A DNA stretch of 62,505 nucleotides, filler included. It is 6 parts of 6 records of this genome, joined end to end, with 100 filler letters (N's around TTAATTAATTAA, not from the genome) between each part and the next. Parts side by side here need not be neighbours in the genome. Positions count along the whole stretch, not along the records: positions 34,031 to 56,203 come from DRR723986_29588; 5 more parts are not named here. One strand, written 5' to 3'. The position numbers and the translations under genes are program-made. Shown piece after piece: positions 39,830 to 49,215 of this stretch (positions are counted from its first letter, which is position 1; each line of letters begins with the position of its first letter). The notes below the pieces were generated by a model. That model saw only the letters and a program-made list of their open reading frames with translations, had not been told where the DNA came from and did not search any database.

Positions 39830-41176
39830 ATGGCTGAAATCGAAATAAGACTCCCAAAAATGGGAGAAAGTGTAACAGAAGCAACAATTACAAATTGGTT
39901 AAAAGAAGTAGGCGACACCGTTGAAATGGATGAACCTTTGGTAGAAGTTGCAACTGATAAAGTAGATAATGAATTGCCTTCAGAAGCTGAAGGTGTTTTG
40001 GTTAAAAAATTATACGAAGTTGATGACGTTGTTCAAGTTGGAGATGTTATTGCGGTAATATCAACTGACGGAGATGCACCAAGCGCTAGTCCAACTACTG
40101 ATGCTGCCCCTGTTCAGGAAACAGCTCCACTGGTAGAAGTTGAAGCAGAAGTAGTAGCAGCAGTTGCAGCTCCTGTGAACGGATCAACTGACATTCCTAA
40201 GTCTAATGGAAATGGGAAATTCTATTCGCCTTTAGTACGAAGCATTGCGAAAACTGAAGGAATTAGCTTTGAACAATTAGAGTCAATTCAAGGAAGTGGT
40301 GAAAATAACAGAGTAACTAAAAAGGATATTTTAAACTTCATTAACAACGGAGGCGCAGCCGCAACAGCACCAGCTAAAGAAGTAGCAACTAAAACAGCTC
40401 CAGCAGCGACTAAAACAGTTGCCACTACAAAAACAGAAATTCATACGCCAGAAGTACCGGTTTATGAAGGTGATGAAATCGTTGAAATGGACAGAATGAG
40501 AAAACTCATTGCTGACCATATGGTAATGTCTGTTCAAACTTCTCCTCACGTAACATCATATGTTGAGGCAGACGTAACCAACATTGTGATGTGGCGAAAT
40601 AAAATCAAAAATGAATTCCTTGAAAAAGAAGGTGAAAAAATGACATTCACCCCTATTTTCATGGAGGCCATTGTAAAAGCAATTAAAGATTTTCCAGGTG
40701 TAAACGTTTCTGTTAGTGGAAACAATATCATCAAAAGAAAAAACATCAATTTAGGAATGGCAACTGCTCTTCCTTCTGGAAATTTAATTGTGCCTGTAAT
40801 TAAAAAGGCAGATAATCTTAATTTAATTGGCTTAACTAAAGAGGTAAACGATTTAGCAAATAGAGCGCGTAATAATAAATTAGGATCTGATGACATTCAG
40901 GGTGGAACATATACGGTTACTAATGTTGGTACATTCGGTAATGTAATGGGAACACCTATCATCAATCAGCCTCAAGTTGCGATTTTGGCATTGGGTGCTA
41001 TCAGAAAAGTGCCAGCTGTTATAGAAACGCCTTACGGAGATACTTTAGGTATCAGACATAAAATGTTCTTATCACACTCTTACGACCACAGAGTAGTTGA
41101 TGGAGCATTGGGTGGAATGTTCGTAAAACGTGTAGCTGATTACCTTGAGCAATTTGACATAAATAGAGAGTTATAA
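39830..41176 (+). CDS. 2-oxo-acid dehydrogenase E2 (dihydrolipoamide acyltransferase)
   Basis: Lipoyl motif EVATDKVD, E3-binding SPLVR, catalytic DHRVVDG. Confidence 0.93.
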   Translation: MAEIEIRLPKMGESVTEATITNWLKEVGDTVEMDEPLVEVATDKVDNELPSEAEGVLVKKLYEVDDVVQVGDVIAVISTDGDAPSASPTTDAAPVQETAPLVEVEAEVVAAVAAPVNGSTDIPKSNGNGKFYSPLVRSIAKTEGISFEQLESIQGSGENNRVTKKDILNFINNGGAAATAPAKEVATKTAPAATKTVATTKTEIHTPEVPVYEGDEIVEMDRMRKLIADHMVMSVQTSPHVTSYVEADVTNIVMWRNKIKNEFLEKEGEKMTFTPIFMEAIVKAIKDFPGVNVSVSGNNIIKRKNINLGMATALPSGNLIVPVIKKADNLNLIGLTKEVNDLANRARNNKLGSDDIQGGTYTVTNVGTFGNVMGTPIINQPQVAILALGAIRKVPAVIETPYGDTLGIRHKMFLSHSYDHRVVDGALGGMFVKRVADYLEQFDINREL

Positions 41177-41198
41177 ACATTTAGTCGTACAAAAGTTC

Positions 41199-41229
41199 GA
41201 AAGCCACCCCTTAATTGGAGTGGCTTTTC
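41199..41229 (+). terminator. Intrinsic terminator
   Basis: GAAAGCCAC...GTGGCTTTT. Confidence 0.7.
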
Positions 41230-41245
41230 TTATTTTCTTTGGTAA

Positions 41246-43612
41246 TTGATTTTAAACCGATTACCTATTAAAAACCTGATTTCAATATTATTCCTGTCTA
41301 TGTCAGTGATTGCTTATACGCAACCTGACAGAGAAAAGTTACTGGAAAATTTAGAGTCAGCTTCATTCAATGATCAATTTGAGTTGGCTAATGGTTTAAT
41401 GGGTGATAAAATTTATTCTGAGGCATTATTTGTTTGGGAATATATGTTAAAAGAAAATCCTACCAACGCCAATATTCTATACAAGGCAGGAATGTGTCAC
41501 ATAGAATTGAATAACGAAAAGAAAGCGCTGCCTTATTTTCAAAAAGCTCAATTTTCTGTTGTTAAAAATTACAATCCATACTCTTCGCTTGAAAAAAATG
41601 CACCACCAGAGTTATTCTATTATTTAGCTAAATCATCTCATAGTAATGGAGAAATCGATACAGCATATTATCAATACGATTTCTTCATGAACAATGTTAA
41701 AAAGAAACACAACAAGTATGACTTAGGTGTTCTTGGCTTGTCGCAATGTAAAAACGCTAAAGAAATGATGGCTAACCCAAAGCCGTATATCATTAAAAAT
41801 ATCGGTCCAATTGTCAACACACCTAACTCTGAATATTCTCCTGTAATAACCATAGATGGTTCAGCCTTATTCTTCACAACAAAGAGAATGCGAGCTGACA
41901 GCTCTAACAGGAAATACATCAACATTGTGAACGGACAGCACTATGAAGATATTTATGTCAGTTATAGGACGAAGGATGGTAAATGGTCTCCGCCAAATTA
42001 TTTAGCATTTTGTGATGCTCGAAAAAATAACGCCTCTATTTCAGTTTCTCCAGATGGACAAACTGTTTTTGTATATTCAGATGAAAACGGAGGAGATATT
42101 CATTACTCAACATTACAAGACACTTCTTTTGTTGACGTAGTACCTTTTCCTGCCGAAGAATTAAACACCGATTCATGGGAAACTCACGCTACCATTAGCC
42201 CTGATGGTAATTACTTGTATTTTGTGTCTGACAGAGAAGGTGGATTAGGTGGAAAGGATATTTACCGTCTTAAGAAATTACCAGATGGTTCTTGGAGTAA
42301 AGCATACAATTTGGGTGCGCCAATCAATTCCGAATTTGATGAAGACTCACCATTTTTAGGTGCTGATAATAACACAATGTATTTCAGTTCAAACGGCCCT
42401 AATAGTATGGGAGGATTCGATATTTTCGTGAGTCAAATGGACGAGTCTGAGCAATGGTCACAACCTGAAAACCTTGGATATCCACTTAACTCTTATGATG
42501 ACGACATCTTCTATACCACCACAGCTGATGGATTGACTGGATTTTATTCATCAGATAAATTAGAAGGTGAAGGAGATAAAGACATCTATATGGTAGAATC
42601 TGAAAGCTCTTACATTAAAAACGTTGCCATTTTCTCAGGATTCATCTTAACTAAAGATAATTCTATGATTCCGAAAGGAATTACAATTCATGTTACTGAT
42701 TTAACAGATGCCACACCCACTAAAATTTATCGTCCTAGAAGAAGAGATGGCGGATATGTTCTAAACCTGAAACCTTGTCACACTTACCAAATTGATTACA
42801 AATTAGATAAAGTTGACTTCTACAACACAGAACTATATGTGCCATGTAACTCATCTTATCAGGAAATCAAACACGAACTATTGCTGAACATGATTGATCT
42901 TGAAGCAACAGCGATTTCAACCTTACCTGAAAACGAGCAGAGATGGGAGTTTAACAACTCAGAATATTTAAAACTACTGGAAGGATATGAAGTGTCAACG
43001 TATGAAGGAGACAAGTTGTTGTATAAAGACTTCATTAACAAATACGGTCAATTTCCTTACAAAGAGCTAGACCCTTCTAAGTCGCACATCTTTAAAATTG
43101 AAGAAGCTGAATTTGAATTTTGTGATGATTTAGTACTCAACCTTATTGACACAGCTAACAACATTCTTGATACTTATACCTTCAACTCTGTCTGTGAAAC
43201 AGGTGAAACTGTTAGCGAATTTTCAGACATATTAACTACACCAATCTACCAATTCAATTTCGGTTACAATAAAGATAAATTCAATACTAAGAACGAAACC
43301 TTAAAACTATATGTAAAGGGTATCAAACAATTGATTGATGCGGGGAAAGAAATCAGCATCTTAACCTATTCTAGTGCCTCTAAGGTTCCGACTAGATCCT
43401 ACAAAAACAATCAAGATTTAGCCAATAAGAGAATGGAATCAGGAATTGCCACGCTTAAGAAGGTTTTAAAATCTGAAGGAATAGACGTTTCTAAGATCAC
43501 CTTTATTGAAAAAGATGCTTTAGTGCAAGGTCCTAAATACAACAATGATGCCCAAGAAAAACAAGCCGTTTATCAAAGGTATCAATACATCAAATTTGAA
43601 ATACAATTCTAA
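41246..43612 (+). CDS. PorE-like TPR/PD40 protein with a divergent OmpA-like C-terminus
   Basis: TPR, PD40 repeats (ISPDGNYLYFVSDREGGLGGKDIY); C-terminal SSASKVP...NQDLANKR. Confidence 0.8.
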   Translation: MILNRLPIKNLISILFLSMSVIAYTQPDREKLLENLESASFNDQFELANGLMGDKIYSEALFVWEYMLKENPTNANILYKAGMCHIELNNEKKALPYFQKAQFSVVKNYNPYSSLEKNAPPELFYYLAKSSHSNGEIDTAYYQYDFFMNNVKKKHNKYDLGVLGLSQCKNAKEMMANPKPYIIKNIGPIVNTPNSEYSPVITIDGSALFFTTKRMRADSSNRKYINIVNGQHYEDIYVSYRTKDGKWSPPNYLAFCDARKNNASISVSPDGQTVFVYSDENGGDIHYSTLQDTSFVDVVPFPAEELNTDSWETHATISPDGNYLYFVSDREGGLGGKDIYRLKKLPDGSWSKAYNLGAPINSEFDEDSPFLGADNNTMYFSSNGPNSMGGFDIFVSQMDESEQWSQPENLGYPLNSYDDDIFYTTTADGLTGFYSSDKLEGEGDKDIYMVESESSYIKNVAIFSGFILTKDNSMIPKGITIHVTDLTDATPTKIYRPRRRDGGYVLNLKPCHTYQIDYKLDKVDFYNTELYVPCNSSYQEIKHELLLNMIDLEATAISTLPENEQRWEFNNSEYLKLLEGYEVSTYEGDKLLYKDFINKYGQFPYKELDPSKSHIFKIEEAEFEFCDDLVLNLIDTANNILDTYTFNSVCETGETVSEFSDILTTPIYQFNFGYNKDKFNTKNETLKLYVKGIKQLIDAGKEISILTYSSASKVPTRSYKNNQDLANKRMESGIATLKKVLKSEGIDVSKITFIEKDALVQGPKYNNDAQEKQAVYQRYQYIKFEIQF

Positions 43613-43613
43613 A

Positions 43614-46343
43614 ATGAAGAAGATGTATAAAATATTACTACTCCTAATTTTGAGTCTCAGTTTAACAACTGTTTCTCAGGACGCCTATTCTCAGGAAAAG
43701 CCAAGTCAAATAAAGAAGTATGTAAAAAAAGGAAGGAAAGCATACAACAAGGGCGAATACTGGAAAGCAAAATCATATTTCGATAAGGTAACCTCTTCGA
43801 GTACTCAACAACCACAATATTGGCTAGAGGCTGGTATTGTTTATTATGAATCTAAAGTTGAAAGAGAGAAATCACTTCCACTTTTTGAAAAGGCTTTAGA
43901 ATTTTCTGCAAATACTGACGACACCATTCCAGAAATATTTTATTACAAAGCAAAAGCTGAACACTTCAACGGCAACTACGAACAGGCGATTGCTGATTAC
44001 AACATCTTTTTAAATAACGTAAAAAACAATAAAAAAGGAATCGAATTAAGACAAGAGGTAATTCGAGAAATTGAAATTTGCAACAATGGTGTTGATTTAA
44101 GAAATCAAAATAAAGATCGTTACAGTGAGGTTGAAAATATGGGAGAAAAAGTAAACTCAGATTCTCCTGATTACGCTCCGGTTGTGACTAATGACGAGAA
44201 CCTTATTTTATTCTGTTCAAGACGTCCCCCAGGAACTAAAAAAGGAATTGACGGACTTTATTATGAAGATATCTTTTACACCACGAAAAAGTCAAATGGC
44301 GAGTGGAATCAGGCAGAGGTAATTGATAAGTCTTCAGGATACTTGAAAAAAGAAATTAATGATGGTAAAGACCATGAAGCACCGATCAGTCTATCTGCGG
44401 ATGGTAATACCTTATTCATTTACAAGCAAAACAGCATTTGGAAATCGGTAAAAGACGATCAAGGGAAATGGTCAATTCCGAGAAAAATGAATCAAAACGT
44501 CAATATCGGAACGGCAAATCCTTCAATTTATATCACGCCAGACGAACAAGAAATGTTCATTGTATCAGTTGGTGCTGAAGGAGGACTTGGTGAAAGAGAT
44601 ATCTACTATACGACTAAAACAGAAGCTGGAGGATGGGAAAAACCTGTGAATATGGGAAGCAAAATCAACACGCCTTTTAAAGAGGATGCGCCATTTTTAA
44701 GTTCAGATGGAAAAACACTTTATTTTGCTTCAGAAGGTCACAATTCAATGGGAGGATTCGACATCTTCAAAACAGTGAGAGACGAAAACGGTGAATGGTC
44801 TGACCCAATTAACATTGGTGCACCTATCAACTCTTCTGGTGATGACATTTACTACGTAGAAAATTCTGAAGGAACGTTAGCTTACTACGCTTCTATGCGT
44901 CCTGGTTCTTTTGGTTATCTAGATTTATATACAGCGAGCTTTGAATGTGTAAATATCCCTACTACTGAGGTAAAAGGATACGCCATCTTTGCTGAAAATC
45001 ACCTACCAGTAAACGGTGTGATTAAAGTGGTTAACAAAGAAACTGGAGAAGAAGCTGGAACTTATCAAATTGATCCTAAAACAGGAAAGTACAATATGGT
45101 ATTGAAGCCAGAACAAACCTATACACTTGAATTGGTCGTTGCACAGTCAAGATACAATGAAATCCGTCCGCATGTTGAGGAGTTTTTCATTCCAAAACAA
45201 TGTGAGTACTTCAACCTTTTCCAAGAAATCGCAGTTGACTATTTGAGAGATACGTCAGGTTCAATCTACGCACAAAGAGCGCATTTCAAAAATGCAATGT
45301 TTGATATTGAAACTGAAATTAAAAAAGAATTCGGAGATGCTGACTTGAGCGGAAATGGATCAGTACCTGACAATATTATCGGTATAACAGGAAACATTAC
45401 TCACAACGCCACAATGAATGCACAGTTCGTTGAAGTATTGTTAATGAACGTGAACAATCAAATCGTAAGAATGACAAAGTCTGACGAGAATGGAGATTTT
45501 ACATTTGAAAAGGTTGACCCAGAAGAAGATTACATTGTAGTAATTAATGAAGACGATCTTAAACTGAGCCAACACGGAGATAACATTTCAAATGGCGCAG
45601 AGGTAAGCGTTGAAGGTAAAATTTGGGACTTTAGAAACACGTCCAAATTGGTACGCTCAAACGTGCCTGTTTACATTGCAAATTCAGATCGAAAAATTGC
45701 TAATACAGGTGAAGCTGGACCAAATGGTAAATTTACTTTGACAAACGTTCCTGTTGATCAAGCAACCGTAGATCAATTAAACACATCATCCAGTAGAATG
45801 TCTTACAATCTTGATTTATCTGATCGTGAGATTACTTATTCAGCTTATATCACTAGAATTGATCCTAACAACACAGAATTAACTTATACAGAATACATTG
45901 ACATCATTGAATTAAGAGAAATGAGCAATGATTCTACAGGTGGTTCTTCAAATGGCGAACTGCAAGAATTTGCCAATATCTTATTTGACTTTGATAAGTT
46001 CTTTTTGAGAGATAAGAGTAAAAATGTATTGGAAAGTGTGTTAGGATTCATGAAAGCAAATCCTACCGTAACAATTCGTTTAGAAGGTCATACAGACTGG
46101 TTTGGATCTGAACCTTACAATGTTGGACTATCTAAAAGAAGATCTCTTTCAGCTCATAAATACCTGATCAATAAAGGAATTAATCCTAACCGAATTCAAA
46201 ATGCTTGGTTTGGTGAAACGAAGCCAACAGCAAACAATGCTTTAGCTGATGGTGCAGATGATCCTGACGGTCGTCAATTGAACAGAAGAGTTGAAATCAA
46301 AGTTGAAATTCCTGAGATGGCAGACTTATATCTATCTTTGTAA
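43614..46343 (+). CDS. PorE-like TPR/PD40/carboxypeptidase-regulatory/OmpA_C protein
   Basis: PD40 repeats; ILFDFDK, EGHTD, NVGLSKRR, NRRVE. Confidence 0.88.
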   Translation: MKKMYKILLLLILSLSLTTVSQDAYSQEKPSQIKKYVKKGRKAYNKGEYWKAKSYFDKVTSSSTQQPQYWLEAGIVYYESKVEREKSLPLFEKALEFSANTDDTIPEIFYYKAKAEHFNGNYEQAIADYNIFLNNVKNNKKGIELRQEVIREIEICNNGVDLRNQNKDRYSEVENMGEKVNSDSPDYAPVVTNDENLILFCSRRPPGTKKGIDGLYYEDIFYTTKKSNGEWNQAEVIDKSSGYLKKEINDGKDHEAPISLSADGNTLFIYKQNSIWKSVKDDQGKWSIPRKMNQNVNIGTANPSIYITPDEQEMFIVSVGAEGGLGERDIYYTTKTEAGGWEKPVNMGSKINTPFKEDAPFLSSDGKTLYFASEGHNSMGGFDIFKTVRDENGEWSDPINIGAPINSSGDDIYYVENSEGTLAYYASMRPGSFGYLDLYTASFECVNIPTTEVKGYAIFAENHLPVNGVIKVVNKETGEEAGTYQIDPKTGKYNMVLKPEQTYTLELVVAQSRYNEIRPHVEEFFIPKQCEYFNLFQEIAVDYLRDTSGSIYAQRAHFKNAMFDIETEIKKEFGDADLSGNGSVPDNIIGITGNITHNATMNAQFVEVLLMNVNNQIVRMTKSDENGDFTFEKVDPEEDYIVVINEDDLKLSQHGDNISNGAEVSVEGKIWDFRNTSKLVRSNVPVYIANSDRKIANTGEAGPNGKFTLTNVPVDQATVDQLNTSSSRMSYNLDLSDREITYSAYITRIDPNNTELTYTEYIDIIELREMSNDSTGGSSNGELQEFANILFDFDKFFLRDKSKNVLESVLGFMKANPTVTIRLEGHTDWFGSEPYNVGLSKRRSLSAHKYLINKGINPNRIQNAWFGETKPTANNALADGADDPDGRQLNRRVEIKVEIPEMADLYLSL

Positions 46344-46362
46344 GGTTATTAAACCTTATTGA

Positions 46363-47223
46363 ATGAATTTGAACCTCAAGCGAGCAATCGCCTTCTTTGA
46401 TCTAGAAACCACCGGACTTAATATTTCAAAAGACAAAATCGTAGAAATTGCAATTTTAAAAGTGAATCCTGATCAATCCGAATCTACCTACGTTAAAAGG
46501 ATTAATCCTGAAATACCAATTCCTTCAGAGTCCTCAGAAATTCATGGAATCTATGACAAAGACATCAAAGATTGCCCGACCTTTAAAGAGGTGGCTAAAG
46601 AAATAGCTGACTTTATAGGAGATGCAGATTTAGCTGGTTACAATTCAAACAAATTTGATATCCCCGTTTTATTAGAACATTTCTTATCTCACGATATTGA
46701 TTTTTCAATGGAAGGACGAAAGTTCGTGGATGTTCAAACCATTTTCCATAAAATGGAGCAAAGAACCTTGGTAGCTGCACTAAAGTTTTATTGTAACGAA
46801 GACTTAGAGAATGCACATGCCGCTGAAGCAGATGTGAGAGCAACTTATGATGTGTTAAAAGCCCAATTAGATCGGTATCAAGAAATAGAAAATGACATTG
46901 ACTTTTTAACGGAGTTTACCCAAACTGGAAAGAATAAAAAAATCGACTTTGTTGGCCGTCTTGCACAAAATGAAAAAGGTGAAATTGTCTACAACTTTGG
47001 TAAGCATGCCGATAAAACTCTGAAAGAAGTGTTTGATAAAGAACCTGGTTATCACAGATGGATTTTAGACAATGATTTCCCACTTTACACCAAACAGATT
47101 TTAAAGAAACATACGGATCATTTCATCCAAGAAAACAGAAAAAAAAGAGCCGAGAACAAAGAAAAAGAGTCTAAAAAATTAGAAAGCAAGCTCGATCAAT
47201 TGAAAAACAAATTCAACCAGTAA
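46363..47223 (+). CDS. DEDDh 3'-5' exonuclease (DnaQ-like)
   Basis: FFDLETTG, GYNSNKFD, HAAEAD. Confidence 0.9.
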   Translation: MNLNLKRAIAFFDLETTGLNISKDKIVEIAILKVNPDQSESTYVKRINPEIPIPSESSEIHGIYDKDIKDCPTFKEVAKEIADFIGDADLAGYNSNKFDIPVLLEHFLSHDIDFSMEGRKFVDVQTIFHKMEQRTLVAALKFYCNEDLENAHAAEADVRATYDVLKAQLDRYQEIENDIDFLTEFTQTGKNKKIDFVGRLAQNEKGEIVYNFGKHADKTLKEVFDKEPGYHRWILDNDFPLYTKQILKKHTDHFIQENRKKRAENKEKESKKLESKLDQLKNKFNQ

Positions 47224-47226
47224 ACC

Positions 47227-47835
47227 ATGAAGATTATTTGTATAGGACGCAATTACGCAAAGCATGCAAAAGAAATGAATGCGGAGGTTCCTTCTGAACC
47301 ACTTTTTTTCATGAAGCCAGACACGGCATTATTGAAAGAAAGCAACTTTTATTATCCTGATTTTACCAAAGATCTGCAGCACGAAGTTGAATTGGTTTTG
47401 CGCATCTGTAAACATGGAAAGCACATCAGCCCTGAGCATGCTTCATCCTATTATGATAAAATTGGTTTAGGAATTGATTTCACCGCCCGTGACCTTCAGG
47501 CTAGATGTAAAGAAAAAGGTCAACCGTGGGAAATCGCCAAAGCATTCGATAATTCGGCAGTGTTATCGCCTCACTTTTTATCAATAGACGATCTTAATTT
47601 AGATGAACTTAGTTTTTCGTTAAAACTAAATGACGAGATAGTGCAAGTGGGCAGCACGGCGGACTTATTGTTTAATTTCAATCAACTGATTGTCCATTTG
47701 TCAAAATTCATCACATTAAAAACCGGCGACTTAATCTATACGGGTACTCCTGAAGGTGTTGGACCAGTTTCAATTGGTGATCAACTTGAAGGATTTATTG
47801 AGGATCAAAAAATGTTTAAACTGTCGATAAAGTAG
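47227..47835 (+). CDS. Fumarylacetoacetate hydrolase family protein
   Basis: CIGRNY, HEVEL, DFTARD, TGTPEGV. Confidence 0.92.
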   Translation: MKIICIGRNYAKHAKEMNAEVPSEPLFFMKPDTALLKESNFYYPDFTKDLQHEVELVLRICKHGKHISPEHASSYYDKIGLGIDFTARDLQARCKEKGQPWEIAKAFDNSAVLSPHFLSIDDLNLDELSFSLKLNDEIVQVGSTADLLFNFNQLIVHLSKFITLKTGDLIYTGTPEGVGPVSIGDQLEGFIEDQKMFKLSIK

Positions 47836-48134
47836 CTAATGTTTTTAGCCGCGCCAATCTTATTAACCATCTTAACAACCTCAACACCAACATACTAAAT
47901 CAAGACAAATCCCATGCGCCTATAATTTTATAGCAAAGATTTGGAAGCTTTAAAAATCAGATACGATTCTTTCTAAATTTTTACTGTGGGGATAAAAAGT
48001 CAAGGTTTACGCCTCTCCTAAGTTCTTTTTATTTGAAAAAATCTAGAGAAATCGAAAAATAATACTAAATTTGCCATTAACTGAAGAAATTCAAGCGTTA
48101 AATCAATTGTTAATTTAAATTAAAATCAAAAGTT

Positions 48135-48422
48135 ATGAAAAAGACGTTCCTAAACTTAAGAAAAATGGGATTTGTTCTTGTAGCTGCAACTTCAATGTTA
48201 GCATTCTCTTGTGGAGAAGGTGAAGCTGAAGAAACTACAGAAGGTGAAACTACTGAAGAAACTACTGAAGAAGGTTCTTGTGATGAGGGTTCTTGTGAAG
48301 AAGGATCTTGCGAAGAAGGACAATGTGACGGTGGTACTTGCGACGGAGGTGACTCTACAGCTGAAGCTTCTTGTGAAGAAGGTTCTTGCGAAGAGGGTGC
48401 TTGCGACGGTGGAGCACACTAA
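48135..48422 (+). CDS. 95-aa acidic lipoprotein with Cys pentapeptide repeats
   Basis: Lipobox AFSC; eight further Cys in (E/D)(E/G)GxC-type repeats; own -7 element (48066) and terminator. Confidence 0.85.
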   Translation: MKKTFLNLRKMGFVLVAATSMLAFSCGEGEAEETTEGETTEETTEEGSCDEGSCEEGSCEEGQCDGGTCDGGDSTAEASCEEGSCEEGACDGGAH

Positions 48423-48471
48423 GAACATTTCAATTAGACTTGGGTAACCAAGTATAGTTAAAGAAATAATT

Positions 48472-48505
48472 AAATCCTTTTCTCTTTTGAGAAAAGGATT
48501 TTTTT
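48472..48505 (+). terminator. Intrinsic terminator
   Basis: AAATCCTTTTCTC/GAGAAAAGGATTT stem followed by a T run. Confidence 0.85.
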
Positions 48506-48579
48506 GTGGACCAAAGTCTCCTCAGAGATAATACACTTTTATCAAAGCCGTATCTAGTAAATTTCGTAATTTTGCAACA

Positions 48580-49215
48580 ATGGATTTCGATTCGAAAAAC
48601 ATAGCGAATAAGACCCCTGAACTTTTCCAAAACATTGAAAAATGGGAACTGAACAGAAGGTCATTCTTGCATTCAGCAATTGTTGCGGGCGCAGCCAGTC
48701 AAATCGCATTTTTTACTTCGTGTAGTACTCAGTTAGAAGAGGCCAATGAGCATTTAACTGCCGAGCAATCTACCATTCTTAAAGCGGTTATCATGGGCAT
48801 ATTTCCGGATGACGGTAATGGACCGAGTGCAGACGACCTCAATACCTTTGGCTACATTATGTGGGTGCTGAGTGATAATTACAAAAAGCAAGAAGACAGA
48901 GATTATATCATTGAGGGCTTGGATTGGGCCAACAAACAAGCGAAGGAATTGTATTTTGAAGATTTCGTCAACTTATCTGCTGACCAACAGAACGCATTGA
49001 TCAAACTATTTACTGAGCATAGCTGGGGTAAAAGTTGGATGTCTGTCATGGTTACTTTTGTGATGGAATCTGCCCTTCTTGACCCTATTTACGGAGGCAA
49101 TAAAGATGAAGCCGGTTGGAAATGGCTAGATCATAAACCGGGCATGCCACGGCCTGATGAAGGAACCAGATTAGAAAGCTTTATAGAAACCTATAAACCT
49201 GGAGCAAAGCAATGA
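48580..49215 (+). CDS. Gluconate 2-dehydrogenase subunit 3 family protein (Tat signal)
   Basis: NRRSFL twin-arginine motif; DPIYGGN...GW. Confidence 0.85.
   Translation: MDFDSKNIANKTPELFQNIEKWELNRRSFLHSAIVAGAASQIAFFTSCSTQLEEANEHLTAEQSTILKAVIMGIFPDDGNGPSADDLNTFGYIMWVLSDNYKKQEDRDYIIEGLDWANKQAKELYFEDFVNLSADQQNALIKLFTEHSWGKSWMSVMVTFVMESALLDPIYGGNKDEAGWKWLDHKPGMPRPDEGTRLESFIETYKPGAKQ

Noticed and set aside
48219-48410. 15-nt DNA tandem repeats as a VNTR or CRISPR-like array
   Set aside because: Variation is mostly at synonymous positions of an open frame with a lipoprotein signal, so the repeat is maintained at the protein level.
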